Origin: Candidatus Sericytochromatia bacterium
Lineage (GTDB): Bacteria > Cyanobacteriota > Sericytochromatia > UBA7694 > JACMQJ01
Assembly: GCA_046328015.1 (NCBI GenBank)
Contig: JAXLXH010000001.1
Location: 3,374,316 to 3,438,315 of the forward strand
DNA: 64,000 nucleotides
Reading direction: 5' to 3'
Shown here: piece after piece, positions 59,740 to 64,000 of the stretch
How positions within the stretch are numbered: position 1 is the first letter of the stretch
How the letters are laid out: every line of letters begins with the position of its first letter
Made by a program: the position numbers and the translations under genes
Notes under the pieces: model-generated
What the model saw: only the letters and a program-made list of their open reading frames with translations
Told to the model about the DNA's origin: nothing
Databases searched by the model: none

Positions 59740-60564
59740 TTATTTTTGAAACATTTGCCATAATTTACTTAATGATGGTGGTTTAGCTCCTGCTACACAA
59801 TTATATTGTTCAAAATCTGTAACACCTAAACTTCTTAAAAAAGTTTCATCTATTAAAGCTTGACCTGTTAAAGAAGGCGGTTCTTGTTTTATTATGGCTA
59901 AAGTAGCATCAGCTAAAATACTAGCTTTTCTCCACATAGAAGCATCTCCTAAACCCCAGTTTATAGTAGCATAACTTTCTACCATAGTTTCTGGCCATAA
60001 AGAGTTTACAGCTATATTATTTGATTTCATTTCTTCTGCTAAGCCATGAGAAATCATAGTCATACCATATTTACTAATAAAATAACCAATATGATTTTTT
60101 AACATTGTTAAATCTACTGGTGGAGACATATTAACAATATGACCCCATTTATTTTCTATCATTGAAGGTAAAACAGCTTGGCAAAAGAAAAAAGTTGCTT
60201 TTGCATTAACTTCCATCATTAAATCAAACTTTTTTTCTGGAGTATTCATCATGGGTTGCCACCATAATGCACCAGCATTATTAACCAAAATATCTATTTT
60301 TCCAAATTTATTTTTAGTTTCATCTACTACTTTTTGTATATTTTCTGTACTTCTAACATCACATTGAATAGGTAAAGCTTCTACCCCTAAAGCTTCTATC
60401 TCTTTAGCAACAGTAAAAATACTACCTGGTAATTTAGGGGTTTCCTCTACAGATTTTGCTGCTACTACTATATTACAACCTTCTTTAGCTAAGGTTAAAG
60501 CAACTTCTCTTCCAACTCCTCTACTTGCACCTGAAATTATTGCAACTCTACCTTTTAATGACAT
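59740..60564 (-). CDS. Short-chain dehydrogenase/reductase
   Basis: The protein has ISGASRGVG, NNAG and YxxxK. Confidence 0.8.
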   Translation of the reverse strand: MSLKGRVAIISGASRGVGREVALTLAKEGCNIVVAAKSVEETPKLPGSIFTVAKEIEALGVEALPIQCDVRSTENIQKVVDETKNKFGKIDILVNNAGALWWQPMMNTPEKKFDLMMEVNAKATFFFCQAVLPSMIENKWGHIVNMSPPVDLTMLKNHIGYFISKYGMTMISHGLAEEMKSNNIAVNSLWPETMVESYATINWGLGDASMWRKASILADATLAIIKQEPPSLTGQALIDETFLRSLGVTDFEQYNCVAGAKPPSLSKLWQMFQK

Positions 60565-60662
60565 AAAATCCTCTAAATATTTAAATAAAATCTATGTAAT
60601 TTTATCATATAAAATAAGTAGTTTGTTTAGAGATATAAAAATAAATGGAATTTATAAATTAA

Positions 60663-61421
60663 TTAATTTTTTAATTGTATAAATAAATTTTTTGGAGAAA
60701 ATAAAATTTTATAATAATATATAAGACCTAATATACAAGCTATTTGTATTGAACTTAATCCAAAAGAAAATTTATAAACAGGTTTGATAAATTCAGAAGA
60801 AAATCTATATATTAAGTATAAAACCATAAAAACTTTAAATTTACTACCATTTTCTAATTGATAACTTTTGTCTAATTTCTTTATAAAAAACCAAGTTAAT
60901 ATTAAAAAAGCTATTTCATATAAGTTAGTTGGGTGTCTATATATTCCATCTCCAAAATTTATAGCCCAAGGTAAATTAGTTTCTGTTCCAAATGTCCCAT
61001 CTTCTAATCCTTTAAGAAAACAACCTATACGACCTATTATTATTCCTAAAATCAATGGAAAAGTCATTAGATCTCCAGATGAAGTTTTAACTTTTATAAG
61101 CTTTTTTGTTAGTTCTACACCTAATAATCCACCTAATAACCCACCTAAAATAGTTTTATTAGAATAATAATAATATAAAGGAGTACTTGTATTTATAAAA
61201 GTTGGAAAATCTTCTAAAGCAGATAATAATCTTGAAAAGATTAAACCTCCAAAAACAGCTCCTATAAAAATCCAAAGTCTATCAGAATCAGCTATAAGAT
61301 CTTTTTCTTTTTTTCTTAAATATGAATAATATTTGAATCCTAGTGTATAAGCTAGAACTTCAAATATAAAATGAGATTCTATTTCAAATCCAAATAAATA
61401 AAAATTTATAGGGAAATTCAT
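60663..61421 (-). CDS. lgt: Prolipoprotein diacylglyceryl transferase
   Basis: A multi-TM protein with the Lgt-like Gly-rich segment LGGLLGGLLG and the GRIGCFLKG region. The length is about 250 aa. Confidence 0.75.
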   Translation of the reverse strand: MNFPINFYLFGFEIESHFIFEVLAYTLGFKYYSYLRKKEKDLIADSDRLWIFIGAVFGGLIFSRLLSALEDFPTFINTSTPLYYYYSNKTILGGLLGGLLGVELTKKLIKVKTSSGDLMTFPLILGIIIGRIGCFLKGLEDGTFGTETNLPWAINFGDGIYRHPTNLYEIAFLILTWFFIKKLDKSYQLENGSKFKVFMVLYLIYRFSSEFIKPVYKFSFGLSSIQIACILGLIYYYKILFSPKNLFIQLKN

Positions 61422-63298
61422 TAGGTTCTAAAAATTATACTATTAGTCAATTTAGTTATATTTTTATTTATGCTTTCCAAATCATCACTAGTTTCATCAT
61501 TGTTAAAAATAACTATAGAGTAGCAGTTTTTATTACCCTTTATAGGATGTATTATTTGTGTCATTGAATCTAATTTTACAGTTATTTCTTTTACAAGATT
61601 ATCATTAAATCTTTTTGCTATCCATTGTACTATTTTAAAATCTTGATTTACGAGTTCATCTTCACTAATAAAACTTTTAGTTTTTACAGAAATAACATGT
61701 TCTTCTTCTATATCTACTAAAGCAATACTTAAAAGACCTTTAAAATCAAATTGATCCATTAAATCTGATAAAATAATTTTTTCCATTTTTTTATAATTTT
61801 CAGAGATATAAGTTTTAGGTTTTATTATATGATTTAAAATAAAATTTTCTCTTTCAGAATAGCTCATTAAAAATATTTTATTTAAAAGATCTGGGCTTAA
61901 ATTTATTAATTCAGAATTATGTTCATCAATTACTTTTACAGAATCCATTAATAAATTTTGAATATTTTGATCTATACTTATTTCTTTTGGATCTTCCCAT
62001 TCTTTTTGTATAAAACTTCCATTTTTAACTTGTAAAATTTTACTGAAAGCATTTATACCAGAGTTTCCATCAAATTCTGCATGAAGTATTTTTGATGCAG
62101 AAATATACATTTTACCTTCTTTAGAAGAGTAGTTATCTATTACATTTATTACTTTATTACTTTTAGAGGCTTGTTCTAGTTGCAAAAAGTCAGTAATACT
62201 TATTCCTTTTACAATTCCAGATAATCCACCTTTATTACCAAAATTAACAGCAATTACAGGCTCTAATTCTTTTATATCAATAGGTTTAGTAAAAAAACCT
62301 GTTGCTCCAGAGTTATAGGCTTTATTTCGGGTATCTTCACTTGAAAAAGCTGTTATTAAAAAAACTTCTTTAGCTAATTTTTCCTCAATTAGTTTTTTCA
62401 TTAAGTTAAAACCATCAAGTGCTACAGAGTCTATATCTATAATAGCAAGATAATTACCTTTTTCTTTTTTCATAAGTTCTAAGGCTACTTCACCAGAAGC
62501 TGTTGATAAAACATTAAAATTTCTATCTGTTAGATATTTTTGTAATATCATAGTATCAATAGGATTATCCTCTATTATTACAACATTCATATCTTTTTTA
62601 TATTCTATATCTTCTAATGCAATTTGCTGAAGAACTTCTGCTGCTTTAAGCATTATCATAGTAGTAGGTTTTGTTATAGTAATTTCTCTATCTTTAAATA
62701 AATCATATTCAGAAAAATAACCATCTCTTATTTTTACTATTTCATAAAAAGCATCTATACCTTTTATATCTCTTATTTCAGCATCAATAACTTTTCTATT
62801 TTTTATATAAATATTTCCACCTGTTTCAGACTTAGAATCATAAACTGAAACTACTTTATCTTTACCCGAAAATATTATTAACTGAACAAAATCAAATATT
62901 TTTACTTTAGATATTTTTGCAGATATACCTTTTTTAGTAATACTTTCTTTTATAGCAGAAATTATTTTTTCTATATCTATAGGTTTTTCAAAATATTTTA
63001 AAACGCCTGTTCCTGTTGAAAATTCTTTTAGTTCATCAAAACCATAACCTGTCATAACTATCACTTGTATTTCAGGTTTATATTTACTAAGCCACATAAT
63101 GAAGTCAATCCCATTAACATAAGGCATTTCAATATCTGTTATTACAACATCTATATTATTAGTTTTTATAATTTCTAAAGCTTGTATTACATGTTCAGCT
63201 TTAAAAACTTCGTAATTCTGTTTTTTTAATTGAGTTGAGATTATAAGTAGATTAGATTTATCATCATCTACTACTAAAACTTTTAAATTCTCTGACAC
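61421..63298 (-). CDS. Response regulator with two receiver domains, each followed by a DUF4388 domain, plus a C-terminal extension
   Basis: REC1 is KVLVVDDD…ITDIEMP…FEKP and REC2 is VVIIEDNP…IIDIDS…FTKP. Two DUF4388-like blocks are present (FDFVQLIIFSGKDKVV…, ITDFLQLEQASKSNKV…). Confidence 0.8.
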   Translation of the reverse strand: MSENLKVLVVDDDKSNLLIISTQLKKQNYEVFKAEHVIQALEIIKTNNIDVVITDIEMPYVNGIDFIMWLSKYKPEIQVIVMTGYGFDELKEFSTGTGVLKYFEKPIDIEKIISAIKESITKKGISAKISKVKIFDFVQLIIFSGKDKVVSVYDSKSETGGNIYIKNRKVIDAEIRDIKGIDAFYEIVKIRDGYFSEYDLFKDREITITKPTTMIMLKAAEVLQQIALEDIEYKKDMNVVIIEDNPIDTMILQKYLTDRNFNVLSTASGEVALELMKKEKGNYLAIIDIDSVALDGFNLMKKLIEEKLAKEVFLITAFSSEDTRNKAYNSGATGFFTKPIDIKELEPVIAVNFGNKGGLSGIVKGISITDFLQLEQASKSNKVINVIDNYSSKEGKMYISASKILHAEFDGNSGINAFSKILQVKNGSFIQKEWEDPKEISIDQNIQNLLMDSVKVIDEHNSELINLSPDLLNKIFLMSYSERENFILNHIIKPKTYISENYKKMEKIILSDLMDQFDFKGLLSIALVDIEEEHVISVKTKSFISEDELVNQDFKIVQWIAKRFNDNLVKEITVKLDSMTQIIHPIKGNKNCYSIVIFNNDETSDDLESINKNITKLTNSIIFRT

Positions 63299-63520
63299 AG
63301 CACTACCAAATTAAAAATATATTTCCATTATTAGGCTTAATTATACACTTATTTAAATTCAAATTTAATAGTTTTGTAATTAAATAAAATTAAGTTTAAA
63401 CGCCTATAATACTTAATAATATTTGGATATTTTAAAATCTTAGTAATAAAAAGAATTATTCTATATAGACTACTTTATTATGTTATAATTATAAAAAATA
63501 ATAGATAAATAGGTTAAAAC

Positions 63521-64000
63521 ATGAAAAAATATCTTACTATAACATTATTATTATCTCTAAATATTTTGAGTTGTACTGCTCCAAACAATTTACCTAATCC
63601 AGTTGTTTCTGAAAATACAACTATTTCATCAAAAGAAAATTTATCTAGTCCATCTTTACCAAAAGTAACCTTAAAAATAAAAAAAGCTGAAATAGATGTA
63701 AGTGAAGCTGATTTAAATAAACAATTTAAAAGTATTTTAGAATTATCTGATGAAAAAAGAATTCAAGAAACAAATATTACAGTTTTACCTAATAATATTA
63801 TAAAAACCACAGGTAAAATTGTACAAAAATTGCCATTAGTTACAGATACTGTTAAAATTCCTTTTACTATAGAAGGTAAATTATCAGTTCAGCCTAAAAA
63901 TATTATAAAATTTGAACCAACTAGTATAAAAATAATTGGCATTCCTGTTAAATCTTTAATGGATGTTTTAGGGGTAGAATTAGCTAATTTTGCCAAATTT
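63521..64000 (+). CDS. Lipoprotein of unknown function; the 3' end lies beyond the window
   Basis: The ATG at 63521 opens with MKKYLTITLLLSLNILSCTAP, which carries a lipobox. The frame is open to the window end, so the ORF track does not list it. Confidence 0.55.
   Translation, partial: MKKYLTITLLLSLNILSCTAPNNLPNPVVSENTTISSKENLSSPSLPKVTLKIKKAEIDVSEADLNKQFKSILELSDEKRIQETNITVLPNNIIKTTGKIVQKLPLVTDTVKIPFTIEGKLSVQPKNIIKFEPTSIKIIGIPVKSLMDVLGVELANFAKF

Noticed and set aside
1-64000. rRNA, tRNA, CRISPR arrays and transposases
   Set aside because: I found no direct-repeat/spacer arrays, no tRNA-like GC-rich cloverleaf segments and no transposase- or integrase-like ORFs on either strand.

Overview
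This 64 kb window is very AT-rich bacterial chromosome from a diderm organism. The diderm call rests on an Lgt, an LPS heptosyltransferase, an RND pump and many SC/LxxC lipoboxes; I cannot place it more precisely from sequence alone. It is densely coding, with about 60 CDS, and I found no rRNA, tRNA, CRISPR array or IS element.

Content in order:
- 1-5.9 kb: the 3' end of a family-5 ABC substrate-binding protein gene, a HIBADH-type dehydrogenase, lipoproteins, a TatD hydrolase and an S8 protease.
- 7.7-9.2 kb: three tandem paralogs of a secreted pilin/pseudopilin-like protein.
- 9.2-15.1 kb: an SDR, a PLP-dependent Cys/Met-metabolism enzyme, an M28 peptidase and RNase E, which has a 545-nt upstream leader.
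- 15.6-26.1 kb: an extremely AT-rich O-antigen-type polysaccharide cluster. It holds GT1 and GT2 glycosyltransferases, a DegT-like protein, WbqC, a GNAT, a PhyH dioxygenase, a methyltransferase, a Wzx flippase, a DegT aminotransferase and a GT2-methyltransferase fusion.
- 26.5-28.2 kb: an SGNH hydrolase and a ChaN-like protein.
- 29.3-32.3 kb: an ECF sigma factor with a textbook GGAAC-N17-CGTCT autoregulatory promoter, an anti-sigma factor carrying three tandem zf-HC2 (ZAS) motifs, an LTXXQ periplasmic protein and a CzcD cation-diffusion transporter.
- 32.3-36.7 kb: a SUKH/SMI1 protein, allantoicase, a Gly/Lys-rich protein and a membrane-anchored predicted pseudokinase.
- 36.8-42.7 kb: glyS and a lone RND pump.
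- 44.5-46.0 kb: an SPFH protein, a frameshifted Arc-like RHH gene and an NfeD-like membrane protein.
- 46.3-47.6 kb: photolyase.
- 48.0-53.0 kb: a sulfur cluster with SQR, a DUF1641-like protein, two TauE/SafE genes, a split YeeE/YedE pair and DUF2892, plus a palindromic operator.
- 54.6-56.7 kb: GT9, recR and ybaB.
- 57.1-59.7 kb: a YeaH/DUF444 gene with neither PrkA nor SpoVR beside it.
- 59.7-63.3 kb: an SDR, lgt and a dual-receiver DUF4388 response regulator.

Two non-coding families look new:
- A GC-rich bipartite element with a fixed 12-nt spacer sits 5' of a hypothetical gene and 5' of photolyase (2 copies).
- A roughly 100-nt nested-hairpin element immediately 3' of rne and of the DUF2892 gene. 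The two copies differ by compensatory changes that keep both stems paired (2 copies).
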